The notes under the pieces were generated by a model, which worked only from the letters and a program-made list of their open reading frames with translations, was not told the origin of the DNA and did no database searches. Made by a program: the position numbers and the translations under genes. This document shows, in pieces, positions 1 to 9,132 of a stretch of 24,000 bases of DNA. How positions within the stretch are numbered: the first letter of the stretch is position 1; every line of letters begins with the position of its first letter. This DNA is from an uncultured Pseudomonas sp. (lineage in GTDB: Bacteria > Pseudomonadota > Gammaproteobacteria > Pseudomonadales > Pseudomonadaceae), in contig CBIGPF010000017.1 of the NCBI GenBank assembly GCA_966191535.1, positions 27,425-51,424 of the forward strand, in the 5' to 3' direction.

Positions 1-752
<752 letters not shown>

Positions 753-766
753 CAGTGAGAGCTCGC

Positions 767-1024
767 TTAGGCAGCGACGACGCTTACATAGCGACGGCCA
801 AAGGCGCCTTTCACTTCGAACTTGATCACGCCGTCGACTTTAGCGAACAGGGTGTGATCCTTGCCCATGCCAACGCCGTAGCCGGCGTGGAACTGGGTGC
901 CGCGCTGACGCACGATGATGTTGCCTGCTTTAACAGCCTGGCTACCGAACAGCTTCACGCCAAGGCGTTTGCTTTCTGAGTCGCGGCCGTTGCGGGTACT
1001 ACCGCCAGCTTTTTTGTGTGCCAT
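767..1024 (-). CDS. rpmA: 50S ribosomal protein L27
   Basis: 85-aa [27 protein letters not shown]...; the L27 N-terminal signature is unmistakable. Follows rplU by 24 nt. Confidence 0.97.
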   Translation of the reverse strand: MAHKKAGGSTRNGRDSESKRLGVKLFGSQAVKAGNIIVRQRGTQFHAGYGVGMGKDHTLFAKVDGVIKFEVKGAFGRRYVSVVAA

Positions 1025-1048
1025 GAGTCAATTCTCCTAAAAAAGGAA

Positions 1049-1360
1049 TTAGGCCTGGATGCCGGTGATCTTGATTTCAGTGAACCACTGGCGGTGGCCC
1101 TGACGCTTCATGTGGTGCTTGCGGCGGCGGAACTTGATGATGCGCACTTTGTCGTGACGACCGTGGGAAACCACTTCTGCAGTCACTTTCGCGCCCTCCA
1201 CCACCGGCAGGCCGATCTTGACGTCATCGCCGTTGGCGACCAGCAGGATGCGATCCAGGTTGATCGCTTCGCCGGTGGCGACGTCGAGTTTTTCGACCTT
1301 AAGGAATTCGCCTTCGGTGACTTTGTATTGCTTGCCACCAGTAACAATTACTGCGTACAT
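1049..1360 (-). CDS. rplU: 50S ribosomal protein L21
   Basis: The ORF-track entry (126 aa) is trimmed to the internal start [14 protein letters not shown]... (ATG at 1358-1360), giving 103 aa typical of L21. The upstream 23 codons are Arg/Ser-rich and not L21-like. Confidence 0.93.
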   Translation of the reverse strand: MYAVIVTGGKQYKVTEGEFLKVEKLDVATGEAINLDRILLVANGDDVKIGLPVVEGAKVTAEVVSHGRHDKVRIIKFRRRKHHMKRQGHRQWFTEIKITGIQA

Positions 1361-1601
1361 CTGGATGTCTCCGTTAGACCTGCTCACCCGACGCTTTATA
1401 GAAAGAGAAATCGGTCGGCATGGCTGCATGGGGCCGGAAAGGACGCCCGTGCAATTGCGTAAGGCAGGATATGCCAGGGAAGTTCGGGGCCGCGATTGTA
1501 CGCAAACCCCTGGTGCGGATCAAGCCCCACGGGGCCTTGCCTTGACAGCCCAAACACCGGCACCTAGCATGCCGCGCAATCTACGAGGAGCGCTGTCTTT
1601 A

Positions 1602-2570
1602 ATGCAACCCCAGGCTTTCTATCGCGTGGTGGCGGACGACTTCACCGCCGTCGACGGCATCATCCGTCGCCAACTCACTTCCCGCGTTCCCCTGGTGGAA
1701 AAGATCGGCGACTACATCATCTCCGCCGGCGGCAAGCGTCTTCGCCCGCTGCTGGTGCTCCTCTCGGGCAAGGCCCTGGGCTATTCGGGCGATGACCTGA
1801 AGCTGCTGGCCGCCACCATCGAGTTCCTGCACACCTCCACCCTGCTGCACGACGACGTGGTCGACGCCTCCGGCCTGCGCCGCGGCCGCGCCACTGCCAA
1901 TGCCCAATGGGGCAACGCACCGAGCGTGCTGGTGGGCGACTTCCTTTATGCACGCTCCTTCGAAATGATGGTCGAGCTGGGCTCCATGCCGGTCATGCGC
2001 ATCATTTCCCAGGCCACCCGCGTGATCGCCGAAGGCGAAGTGCTGCAGCTGTCCAAGGTCCGCGACGCCAGCACCACCGAAGAAACCTACATGGAAGTCA
2101 TCCGCGGCAAGACCGCGATGCTCTTCGAAGCCTCCACCCACAGCGCCGCTGCGCTGGCCAACGCCCAACCGGAACAATCCGAGGCGCTGCGCCTGTTCGG
2201 TGACGCCCTGGGCATCGCCTTCCAGCTGGTGGACGACCTGCTCGACTACCGCGGCGATGCCGCCAGCCTGGGCAAGAACGTCGGCGACGACCTCGCCGAA
2301 GGCAAGCCCACCCTGCCGTTGATCGCCACCATGCGCGACGGCACCCCGGAGCAGGCCGCGCTGGTCCGCAAGGCCATCCAGCAGGGCGGCAGCCAGGACC
2401 TGGAAGGCATCCGCGCTGCCGTGGAAGCCGCCGGCGCGCTGGACTACACCGCCAACCTGGCCCGCGACTACGCTGCCCGCGCCATCGACTGCCTGAAGGC
2501 GCTGCCGGACAACGAATACAAGGCCGCGCTGATCGAGCTGGCCGAGTTCGCCGTCGCCCGCACGCACTGA
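1602..2570 (+). CDS. ispB: Octaprenyl-diphosphate synthase (trans-polyprenyl diphosphate synthase)
   Basis: 322 aa from MQPQAFYRVVADDF.... Both Asp-rich motifs are present (LLHDDVVDASGLRRG and FQLVDDLLDY). The 450-aa ORF-track version has an Arg/Pro-rich N-terminal extension overlapping rplU, which I rejected. Confidence 0.92.
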   Translation: MQPQAFYRVVADDFTAVDGIIRRQLTSRVPLVEKIGDYIISAGGKRLRPLLVLLSGKALGYSGDDLKLLAATIEFLHTSTLLHDDVVDASGLRRGRATANAQWGNAPSVLVGDFLYARSFEMMVELGSMPVMRIISQATRVIAEGEVLQLSKVRDASTTEETYMEVIRGKTAMLFEASTHSAAALANAQPEQSEALRLFGDALGIAFQLVDDLLDYRGDAASLGKNVGDDLAEGKPTLPLIATMRDGTPEQAALVRKAIQQGGSQDLEGIRAAVEAAGALDYTANLARDYAARAIDCLKALPDNEYKAALIELAEFAVARTH

Positions 2571-2586
2571 TCCTCTGTTTCGCAAC

Positions 2587-2621
2587 AGCCCGCCCCGGTT
2601 CACCGCGGCGGGCTTTTTGTT
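2587..2621 (+). terminator. Rho-independent terminator of ispB
   Basis: AGCCCGCC (2587-2594) pairs with GGCGGGCU (2607-2614), followed by UUUUGUU, 17 nt after the ispB stop. Confidence 0.8.
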
Positions 2622-2692
2622 GCCTGTCCGTTGACCGGGAACAACAGATCGTCGCCTGCGTGAAAATTTTTCCAATTCAGACTTGCTATTAT

Positions 2693-2711
2693 GATAATAA
2701 GAATTATTCTC
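2693..2711 (+). promoter_or_regulatory. Fur box overlapping the promoter of the 74-aa gene
   Basis: GATAATAAGAATTATTCTC matches the 19-bp Fur consensus GATAATGATAATCATTATC at 15/19 positions by my alignment. It sits in a near-palindrome ATGATAATAAGAATTATTCTCAT within a locally AT-rich stretch, 30 nt upstream of the ATG at 2741. Confidence 0.7.
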
Positions 2712-2740
2712 ATTAAACGGTCTGCACGGAGGAACACGCC

Positions 2741-2965
2741 ATGACCTACATGATCGACGCCTGGCTGGATCGCCCGCACCCCTACCTGCGCATCCTGCAT
2801 CGGGACACCGGGGAAGTCTGCGCGGTGCTGGAGGAAGAAGCCCTGGATGAGCTGCGCGAACAGGGCGGCCTGGAGCTGTCCGAGCTCAATACCAGCGAGC
2901 CGCTGGTGCTCAAGGAGCTGGTGCGCAACCTGTTCCTGTTCTGTTACGCCCGCGCGCTGCGCTAG
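2741..2965 (+). CDS. Small acidic conserved hypothetical protein (74 aa), probably Fur/iron regulated
   Basis: ORF MTYMIDAWLDRPHPYLRILHRDTGEVCAVLEEE.... It occupies the same position next to ispB as a small hypothetical gene in P. aeruginosa (recollection). Fur box immediately upstream. Confidence 0.65.
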   Translation: MTYMIDAWLDRPHPYLRILHRDTGEVCAVLEEEALDELREQGGLELSELNTSEPLVLKELVRNLFLFCYARALR

Positions 2966-3100
2966 ACGTTCTTTGCGATGGCGCAGGAAGCGCCATCGGT
3001 GCGGTCGCCGCCCGGGAGGCGGCTGCACTAGGGGCCCGGAGGGACCCCGCGCAAGCCACGGCGGTCAGGGACGACCGCCGCGGACTGCACCTCTGACGAA

Positions 3101-3718
3101 TCAGAGGATTTCCAGCAGCTCGACGTCGAATACCAGCACGCTGTGCGGCGGGATGCTGCCGACGGCCTGGCCGCCATAGGCCAGCTCGCTCGGTACGTGC
3201 AGGCGCCACTTGCTGCCGGCGCTCATCAGTTGCAGGGCCTCGACCCAGCCAGCGATCACACCGCCCACCGGGAATTCAGCCGGCTGGCCGCGCTCGTAGG
3301 AGCTGTCGAAGACGGTGCCGTCGACCAGGGTGCCGTGGTAGTGGGTACGCACGGTGTCTTCGCGGGACGGCTTGGCGCCTTCACCGGTGACCAGTACCTC
3401 GTACTGCAGGCCGGACGGCAGGACGGTCACGCCTTCGCGCTTGGCGTTTTCCACCAGGTATTCACGGCCAACAGCGGCGGCGGCTTCGGCTTTTGCCTGG
3501 GCCTCGGCCTGCATGCGCTCGCGGATCACCTGGAAGCTGGCGGACAGGACGTCGCCCGGAACACGGCTTTCAGCGCCGGCGTAGGCGTCGGACAAGCCGG
3601 CCACGATGGCGTCGAGGGTCATGCCCGGAACCGGGTTCTCGCGCAGCTGGTCGCCCAGCTGACGGCCGATACCGTAGCTGACGCGGGCTTCGTCGGTGGA
3701 AAGATTGAGTTCGCTCAT
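3101..3718 (-). CDS. fklB: FKBP-type peptidyl-prolyl cis-trans isomerase
   Basis: 205 aa from MSELNLSTDEARVSYGIGRQLG.... Has the FKBP N-terminal dimerisation region and the C-terminal FKBP domain (GTLVDGTVFDSSYERGQPAEFPVGGVIAGWVEALQLM...VLVFDVELLEIL). I chose the start at the second Met of the 213-aa ORF. Confidence 0.9.
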   Translation of the reverse strand: MSELNLSTDEARVSYGIGRQLGDQLRENPVPGMTLDAIVAGLSDAYAGAESRVPGDVLSASFQVIRERMQAEAQAKAEAAAAVGREYLVENAKREGVTVLPSGLQYEVLVTGEGAKPSREDTVRTHYHGTLVDGTVFDSSYERGQPAEFPVGGVIAGWVEALQLMSAGSKWRLHVPSELAYGGQAVGSIPPHSVLVFDVELLEIL

Positions 3719-3831
3719 GGCGGCGCTCCGCTGGGGGTTCAAAAAAGGGCCGCCAGCCTAGCACAGATGCACCGCCTCCCCCACCGCGCAGGCCTTGCGC
3801 AGCGGGAAGGAACAGGTGCCGAGCTCCCGAC

Positions 3832-4128
3832 TCAATGCAGCGGGATGGTCACGCCAGCGCCGATGTCGCGCTCGTCGTCCATCCCGCACATCTCGTCATG
3901 CACCACGGCATGCACCAGATGGAAGGGGACGCTGGGCAGCGCGCGAAGCACTTCCCGCGCGTGGGCAACCGAACGGACGCTGATGACGTGCCCGGCCTCG
4001 TCCTGGACCGGATAGAAGCGCGCGCCCATGCGAGCCTCCAGTACGTAGATATCGCCTTCCAGCGATACAAGGTTGATCTCGTCAATGTCGCCGGCGACAG
4101 AGCGGCTGGTCAGTTCCTGCAGATTCAT
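3832..4128 (-). CDS. Conserved hypothetical protein (98 aa)
   Basis: MNLQELTSRSVAGDIDEINLVSLEGDIYVLEARMG.... AGGAGG Shine-Dalgarno just upstream of the ATG at 4126-4128. The longer 134-aa version has a Cys/Arg-rich extension. No motif I recognise. Confidence 0.6.
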   Translation of the reverse strand: MNLQELTSRSVAGDIDEINLVSLEGDIYVLEARMGARFYPVQDEAGHVISVRSVAHAREVLRALPSVPFHLVHAVVHDEMCGMDDERDIGAGVTIPLH

Positions 4129-4254
4129 ATGCTGCACCTCCTGCGGGTTGATCCACGCCAGAAGTCTTGTACAGCAGGCGCTCACCGCAAGCCGAAAACG
4201 CAACCGCCCGTCCGTTTTGCAACGGCCGGGCGGCATGGATGGCGCGGCGGCGCC

Positions 4255-4749
4255 TCAGTGGTCGTGGCGCGTGGCCTTGTCCAGGTAGCCCATGGCGAAG
4301 GCCGAGAGAACGAAGGTGAGGTGCATGATCACGTACCACATCAGCTTGTTGTCTTCGATGTTCTTGGCGTCCATGAAGATGCGCAGCAGGTGGATCGAGG
4401 AGATCGCCACGATGGAAGCGGCCACCTTGTTCTTCAGCGAACTGGCGTCCATCTTGCCCAGCCAGCTGAGCTTCTCCTTGCCCTCGTCGATGTCGAGCTG
4501 CGACACGAAGTTCTCGTAGCCGGAGAACATCACCATCACCAACAGGCCACCGACCAGCGCCATGTCGATCAGCGACAGCAGCACCAGGATCAGGTCCGCT
4601 TCGGCGATGCTGAAGATGCTGGGCAGGATGTGGAAGATTTCCTGGAAGAATTTGATGGTCAGCGCCAGCAGGGCCAGCGACAGACCGATGTAGATCGGCG
4701 CCAGCAGCCAACGTGCGGCATACAGGGAGTTTTCGACGAATCGTTCCAT
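4255..4749 (-). CDS. yqhA: UPF0114/YqhA-family inner-membrane protein
   Basis: 164 aa [30 protein letters not shown]... with several hydrophobic helices. Closely resembles E. coli YqhA-type proteins by eye. Confidence 0.85.
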   Translation of the reverse strand: MERFVENSLYAARWLLAPIYIGLSLALLALTIKFFQEIFHILPSIFSIAEADLILVLLSLIDMALVGGLLVMVMFSGYENFVSQLDIDEGKEKLSWLGKMDASSLKNKVAASIVAISSIHLLRIFMDAKNIEDNKLMWYVIMHLTFVLSAFAMGYLDKATRHDH

Positions 4750-4811
4750 GGTGCTCGTAGGAAAGGTCTTGGGAAAAGGGCCGCCGAAGTATAGCGGAGG
4801 GCGTTGGCGAG

Positions 4812-4850
4812 TTATCCCGACTTTCTATGGATAAATATGTCTGTGGATAA
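4812..4850. promoter_or_regulatory. Cluster of three DnaA-box-like 9-mers upstream of yqhA
   Basis: 4842-4850 reverse complement = TTATCCACA (perfect DnaA box). 4826-4834 reverse complement = TTATCCATA (1 mismatch). 4812-4820 = TTATCCCGA (2 mismatches, opposite orientation). The two best boxes also form the 10-bp direct repeat TGGATAAATA at 4828-4837 and 4844-4853. Confidence 0.4.
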
Positions 4851-4936
4851 ATAGGTGGACGGCCACGGCATGAAGGCGTAGCGACCAGGCGCCCCGCGGC
4901 CTTCAGCGGATTGTGCAGGGGCTGCGCGATCCTCCC

Positions 4937-5278
4937 TCAACCCTCCGGGCGGAACTGGAAATTGCCGACATGGCGCGACCGCTCGCCGTTCAGGCGGCGC
5001 AGTTCGCCTTGCAGGTGCAACTGCCAGATGGGGGGATCCTCTGCCACGATGTAGCCCTGCTGGGCCAGGCAGTCGGAGATCGCTTCGAGTACGCCTTCGG
5101 CCACGAAAGGCCCGCAGAACGGGCCCTGCGCCTTGATGGCGGTGGGCTGCGCCCCGGACATGCCGGCGGCGCACAACAAGGTCCAGAGTCCATTCTCTCC
5201 GGCCAGCGGCCTGATCTCGCACTCGATGCGCGTGGTCAGCCCCAGACAGGGGCGGATAAGGCAGAGGTTACGCGGCAT
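4937..5278 (-). CDS. Hypothetical protein (113 aa)
   Basis: ORF MPRNLCLIRPCLGLTTRIECEIRPLAGENGLW... with GAGGGTG upstream of the ATG. No recognisable motif. Position is syntenic with a small hypothetical gene downstream of the Lon-like gene in P. aeruginosa (recollection). Confidence 0.5.
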   Translation of the reverse strand: MPRNLCLIRPCLGLTTRIECEIRPLAGENGLWTLLCAAGMSGAQPTAIKAQGPFCGPFVAEGVLEAISDCLAQQGYIVAEDPPIWQLHLQGELRRLNGERSRHVGNFQFRPEG

Positions 5279-5371
5279 GGCGGCACCCTCGCGGTTGTCC
5301 TAGGTTCGAGACTACACCCAGGTTCCGACACGCGAAAGCGCGGATTTATCCAGTCATCTTGCAGACAACGG

Positions 5372-5415
5372 AGTGTAAAACGCGCGGACAGGAGCGCCGC
5401 CGCGGCGCCCTGTCC
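5372..5415 (-). terminator. Probable terminator of the Lon-like protease gene
   Basis: GGACAGG(A)GCGCC-GCCGC-GGCGCCCUGUCC: a 12-bp GC-rich stem with one bulge (5386-5415), 10 nt after the stop. On the minus strand it is followed by GCGCGUUUUA. Confidence 0.5.
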
Positions 5416-5424
5416 TGACGTCAA

Positions 5425-7932
5425 TCAATCGACGTCCTTCTTCTTGCGGGCGCGTTCTTTCTCCACAGGTGCCTTTTCCACCGGCACCTTTTCTGCCTTC
5501 GGCTTGCTGGCGGGCTTGGCGGCGGCGGGCTCCTTGGCCGGCTTCTCCTTCTCTTCCTCGTCCATGCCCAGCTCGGAGATTTCCTTCAGGCGTTCGACGA
5601 CACGGGCGTTGACGCTGCCCTTGGGGAAGTGGCCCTTGGCGTCCGGCGCACCGGCCGGCTCGCCGACCAGCAGGCTCAGCGCCTCGTCGGCCTGGCGCAC
5701 GGCGTAGATGTGGAACTGACCGTTGCGAACAGCCTGCAGCACGCGCTCGTCGAGCATCAGGGTGGCGACGTTGGCGCGCGGGATGATCACACCCTGCTCG
5801 CCGGTCAGGCCACGCGCTTCGCACAGGCGGAAGAAGCCTTCGATCTTCTCGTTGACCCCGCCGACCGCCTGCACCTCACCGAACTGGTTGATCGAGCCGG
5901 TGATGGCGAAGCATTGGCGCAGCGGCGTGCGCGACAGGGCGGAAATCAGCGTGCAGACCTCGCCCAGCGAGGCGCTGTCGCCGTCCACGTAGCCGTAGGA
6001 CTGCTCCAGGGCGATGCTTGCGGAAATCTCCAGGGGGAACTCCTGGGCGTAGCGGCTGCCGAGGTAGCCGGTGAGGATCATCACGCCCTTGGAGTGGATC
6101 GGCTGGCCGAGGTTGACCTCGCGCTCGATGTCGACGATGCCGCTGCCGCCCGGATAGACGGTGGCGGAGATGCGTGCCGGCATGCCGAAGGCGGAGTCGC
6201 CGACTTCCAGCACGGTCAGGCCGTTGCACTTGCCCACCGCGGCGCCTTCGCTGTCGATCAGGATGATGCCGGCGAGGATGTCGTCGAGAATTCGCGCCGA
6301 CACACGGCCGGTGCGGGTTTCCTTGGCTTTCAGGGCCCGCTCGATGTGCCCGAGGTCGGTCACTTCCTGGCCTGCCAGCTGGCGGATGAAGTCCGCTTCG
6401 CTGACCAGCTGGAACAGATCGCCGATGCGCGCCGAGAGGCGCCCCTGGTGTTCCGCCAGCCGGGCGCTGTAGGTAGCCAGGCGCGCCACGGCCTCACGGG
6501 TGAGCGGCGCCAGGCCCTCTTCCGAGGTGCGGGTCTTGAGCAACTGGGCGAACTGCTCGAGGCTGTCCTCGGCGAGGGGGATGTCCTCGTCGAAGTCCAC
6601 CAGTACGCGGAACATCTCCTGGAAGTCCGGGTCGAGGTCCTGCAGCGTGTAGTAGATCTGCCGCGAACCGATGATGATCACCTTGATGTTCAGCGGGATC
6701 ACCTGGGGCGTCAGGCTCATGGCGGTCAGGCGACCAAGCTCGGCCAGGGGCGATTCCATCTTCAGCTGGCGCGATTGCAGCGCGCGCTTGAGGGCGTCCC
6801 AGACGAACGGCTCGCCCAGCAGCTTCTCTGCCTCCAGCACCAGGAAGCCGCCGTTGGCGCGGTGCAGTGCGCCGGGGCGCAGCTGACGGTAGCTGGTGTA
6901 GAGCGCGCCCTGGTCGGAGGCGTACTCGATGCGGCCGAACAGGTTGTCGTAGGTCGGGTGCGACTCGAACACCACCGGCGCGCCGCTGGTGGCGTGGTGG
7001 CCGATCGCCTGGTTCGGCGCGTACTGCTCCTCCAGGCCCTGCTTGCGTTGCGGGTCGGTGCGCTCGGCATCCACCAGTTGATCGACCACAGTCTTCAGCA
7101 GGTTGAGCTGCATGGCCTGCAGGTAGGCACTGACCCCGGAGTTGTTGTTGTACTTCTCCACCAGCGGCGCCAGCAGCGGCTGCAGCGCCAGGGTGATGGT
7201 TTCCTCGTTGAGCTGGCGCAACTGGTTGCTTGACTCGCGCTTCCACTGCGGCAGGCTGGAAAGCTCCTCGTTAAGGTGCTCCTCCAGGTCGGCGATGTCG
7301 GCGTGGAAGCGCTCGCGCTCCTCCTCCGGCAGCTGGGCGAAATCGGCTTCGTCCAGCGCCTTGCCGTCCTTCATCGGCGTGAAGGCGATGTTGGAGCTGT
7401 CGCGATAGAGGGCAACTTCCTTCTCCAGCGCCAGGCGCTCGACGGTGTCCAGGGCCTTGTCGTAACGCTGGTTGAAGGCGCGGTCGATGGCGCTCTTCTT
7501 CTGTTGGTAGGCCGGGTTCTCGAATACCGAGGGGAAGGTGGAGAGCAGGTTGTCGATCAGGTGATCGATATCGGTGCCGAACTCGGCGGCGCTGCCCGGT
7601 GGCAGCTCGATCACGCGGGGCTCGCGCGAATCATCGAAATTGTTGACGTAGACCCAGTCGGCCGGCGTCGGCAGGCGCTTGCCCTCGGCCTTCAGGTAAC
7701 GCTGCACGAACGAGAAGCGACCGGTACCCGGCTCGCCCATGACGAACACGTTGTAACCCGGACGCGGCATTGCCACGCCGAACTGCAGCGCCTCGACCGC
7801 GCGCTCCTGTCCGAGCACGCCCAGGAAAGGCTCCAGTTCTTCGGTGGTCTTGAAGGGAAACTGTTCGGGGGTGAAGGGGCGGGTCAGTTCATCGGGCGCC
7901 AGGCGCAGGCCGGCAGCAACGGAATCGGGCAT
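5425..7932 (-). CDS. Lon-like (LonC-type) protease: AAA-like domain with long helical insertion, C-terminal S16 Ser-Lys protease domain, basic Lys/Pro/Ala tail
   Basis: 835 aa. P-loop-like [14 protein letters not shown]. Long coiled-coil-like insertion. Lon protease motifs [11 protein letters not shown] (Ser) and [11 protein letters not shown] (Lys). Tail [44 protein letters not shown]. Confidence 0.88.
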   Translation of the reverse strand: MPDSVAAGLRLAPDELTRPFTPEQFPFKTTEELEPFLGVLGQERAVEALQFGVAMPRPGYNVFVMGEPGTGRFSFVQRYLKAEGKRLPTPADWVYVNNFDDSREPRVIELPPGSAAEFGTDIDHLIDNLLSTFPSVFENPAYQQKKSAIDRAFNQRYDKALDTVERLALEKEVALYRDSSNIAFTPMKDGKALDEADFAQLPEEERERFHADIADLEEHLNEELSSLPQWKRESSNQLRQLNEETITLALQPLLAPLVEKYNNNSGVSAYLQAMQLNLLKTVVDQLVDAERTDPQRKQGLEEQYAPNQAIGHHATSGAPVVFESHPTYDNLFGRIEYASDQGALYTSYRQLRPGALHRANGGFLVLEAEKLLGEPFVWDALKRALQSRQLKMESPLAELGRLTAMSLTPQVIPLNIKVIIIGSRQIYYTLQDLDPDFQEMFRVLVDFDEDIPLAEDSLEQFAQLLKTRTSEEGLAPLTREAVARLATYSARLAEHQGRLSARIGDLFQLVSEADFIRQLAGQEVTDLGHIERALKAKETRTGRVSARILDDILAGIILIDSEGAAVGKCNGLTVLEVGDSAFGMPARISATVYPGGSGIVDIEREVNLGQPIHSKGVMILTGYLGSRYAQEFPLEISASIALEQSYGYVDGDSASLGEVCTLISALSRTPLRQCFAITGSINQFGEVQAVGGVNEKIEGFFRLCEARGLTGEQGVIIPRANVATLMLDERVLQAVRNGQFHIYAVRQADEALSLLVGEPAGAPDAKGHFPKGSVNARVVERLKEISELGMDEEEKEKPAKEPAAAKPASKPKAEKVPVEKAPVEKERARKKKDVD

Positions 7933-7948
7933 TGGAGGTCCTTGCTTC

Positions 7949-7994
7949 GGGCGGCGCGAGGCCGCGGAGATTCGTCCGCATTCTCGCGCCGCCC
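7949..7994. other. Long GC-rich intergenic hairpin between the traR-like stop and the Lon-like start
   Basis: GGGCGGCGCGAG (7949-7960) is the perfect reverse complement of CTCGCGCCGCCC (7983-7994). The interior contains a second 5-bp hairpin, GCGGA (7964-7968) with TCCGC (7975-7979). No U-tract on either strand. Confidence 0.6.
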
Positions 7995-8028
7995 GCGCGC
8001 CACTGGCAAGGCAGTATTGGTGACAGTT

Positions 8029-8352
8029 TCAGTCCACCGCATCGGCACAGCGCAGGCAGTGCTCGGCGGCTGGCAACGCGCGCAAGCGGCGCTCCTCGAT
8101 GGTCTCGCCGCAGCGCGCGCACTCGCCATAAGTCCCGTCGGCCAGGCGCAGGCGCGCCATGCCCACCAGGCGCATGCCCGCCTCCGCTTCGGCCAGCAGG
8201 GCGCGCAGGACGTCATCGTTCTGCCGCTGCTGGGCCTGCTCGGCGAAATCCGGCGAATGACTGCTGCCGAGGTCGCGGCGAATGGCCTCGGCACGTTTGG
8301 AGTACTCGGCCGCCAACTGGTCCAGCGCCGGCCGTGGATCGAAATCGACCAT
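8029..8352 (-). CDS. DksA/TraR-family C4-type zinc-finger protein
   Basis: C-terminal CARCGETIEERRLRALPAAEHCLRC (CxxC-x17-CxxC) after a helical region. Start placed at MVDFDPRP (GAGGAAG SD upstream); the ORF-track start at 8382 is an alternative. Confidence 0.8.
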   Translation of the reverse strand: MVDFDPRPALDQLAAEYSKRAEAIRRDLGSSHSPDFAEQAQQRQNDDVLRALLAEAEAGMRLVGMARLRLADGTYGECARCGETIEERRLRALPAAEHCLRCADAVD

Positions 8353-8582
8353 GACTACTTCCTCGCAAGGGAACTGATTCAAGTGTGGTCGGTTCCAAGA
8401 CTTCCGCCGCTGATGCCGATCAACTGCCGGTCATCCGGGCCTATCCCGCCGAGCCAGCCATACTGACTGCGGCAGCGGTTGCCTTGACACCCGCAAGGCA
8501 TTGGAGAAAAGCTCTGACCAGGCGCTGTTTTGCTGTCAGCGACTGTTCAACGGTCCCCGACCTCAAAAAGAGAGAAAAGAAG

Positions 8583-9071
8583 ATGAAAAGGATTCTGCTC
8601 GGTACCCTCCTCGCCACCGCCTCCCTCAGCGCTCTCGCCGATGCACCCGGCAGCGACGGCTGCGGCTGGGGCAACATGCTGTTCAAAGGCCAGCGCGGCA
8701 CCGCGACCCACGTCCTGGCCGCCACCACCAACGGCACCAGCGGTAACAACACCTTCGGCATGACCACCGGCACCAACGGCTGCCACACCAACGGCGCACT
8801 GACCTACGGCGGCAAGCCGATGATCGTGCTCAGCAGCATGATGGACGAGCTGTCCGAAGACATGGCCAAGGGTGACGGCGAAGCGCTGACCACCTATGCC
8901 GTGGTACTGGGCGTGAAGCCCGAAGACCGCGCGCACTTCGCCCAGGTCACCCACGAGCACTTCGCGCAGATCTTCAACAAGTCCGACGTCACCGCCGAAG
9001 ACGTCTACGCCAACACCCAGGCCGTCCTGAAACAGGACAGCACCCTGGCCAAGTACGCCGAACAGGCCTGA
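8583..9071 (+). CDS. Secreted DUF3015-like protein (162 aa)
   Basis: Signal peptide MKRILLGTLLATASLSALA|DAPG. Motifs DGCGWGNMLF...TSGNNTFGMTTGTNGC recall the DUF3015 family. Start trimmed from the ORF-track 8385 to the Met at 8583. Confidence 0.7.
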   Translation: MKRILLGTLLATASLSALADAPGSDGCGWGNMLFKGQRGTATHVLAATTNGTSGNNTFGMTTGTNGCHTNGALTYGGKPMIVLSSMMDELSEDMAKGDGEALTTYAVVLGVKPEDRAHFAQVTHEHFAQIFNKSDVTAEDVYANTQAVLKQDSTLAKYAEQA

Positions 9072-9132
9072 TGGCCGACGCGAGCCCGCTGCCTCCCGGC
9101 GGGCTCCCCCTTCCCCTCCAGTAGTCCACTCG

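Noticed and set aside
1218-1601. N-terminal extensions in ORF-track models: ispB 450 aa, rplU 126 aa, fklB 213 aa, rtcA 501 aa, NTase 317 aa, DUF3015 228 aa, the 395-aa version of the 351-aa gene, and NADAR 211 aa.
   Set aside because: The extensions are Arg/Pro/Ser-rich and overlap neighbouring genes or intergenic regulatory DNA. Internal Met codons carry better Shine-Dalgarno sequences and give lengths and N-termini typical of the families.
2966-3106. Series of GC-rich hairpins between the 74-aa gene and fklB. Examples are CGATGGCGC-AGGAA-GCGCCATCG at 2976-2998, CGGCGGTC-AGGGAC-GACCGCCG in the 3060s-3080s, and CTCTGA-CGAA-TCAGAG spanning the fklB stop.
   Set aside because: They are real inverted repeats, but none has a convincing U-tract on either strand. 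I cannot tell terminators from REP-like or incidental GC palindromes, so they are not reported as features.
4812-4853. DnaA-box cluster as a replication origin.
   Set aside because: There are only three boxes. There is no adjacent AT-rich unwinding element with 13-mer-type repeats and no dnaA/dnaN/rpmH/gidA context. It is kept only as a possible regulatory or titration site.
8001-8017. TGGCAAGGCAGTATTGG as a possible sigma54 -24/-12 element.
   Set aside because: With GG at positions 2-3, the GC dinucleotide is missing at the required spacing. It also points on the plus strand into the antisense of the traR-like gene.
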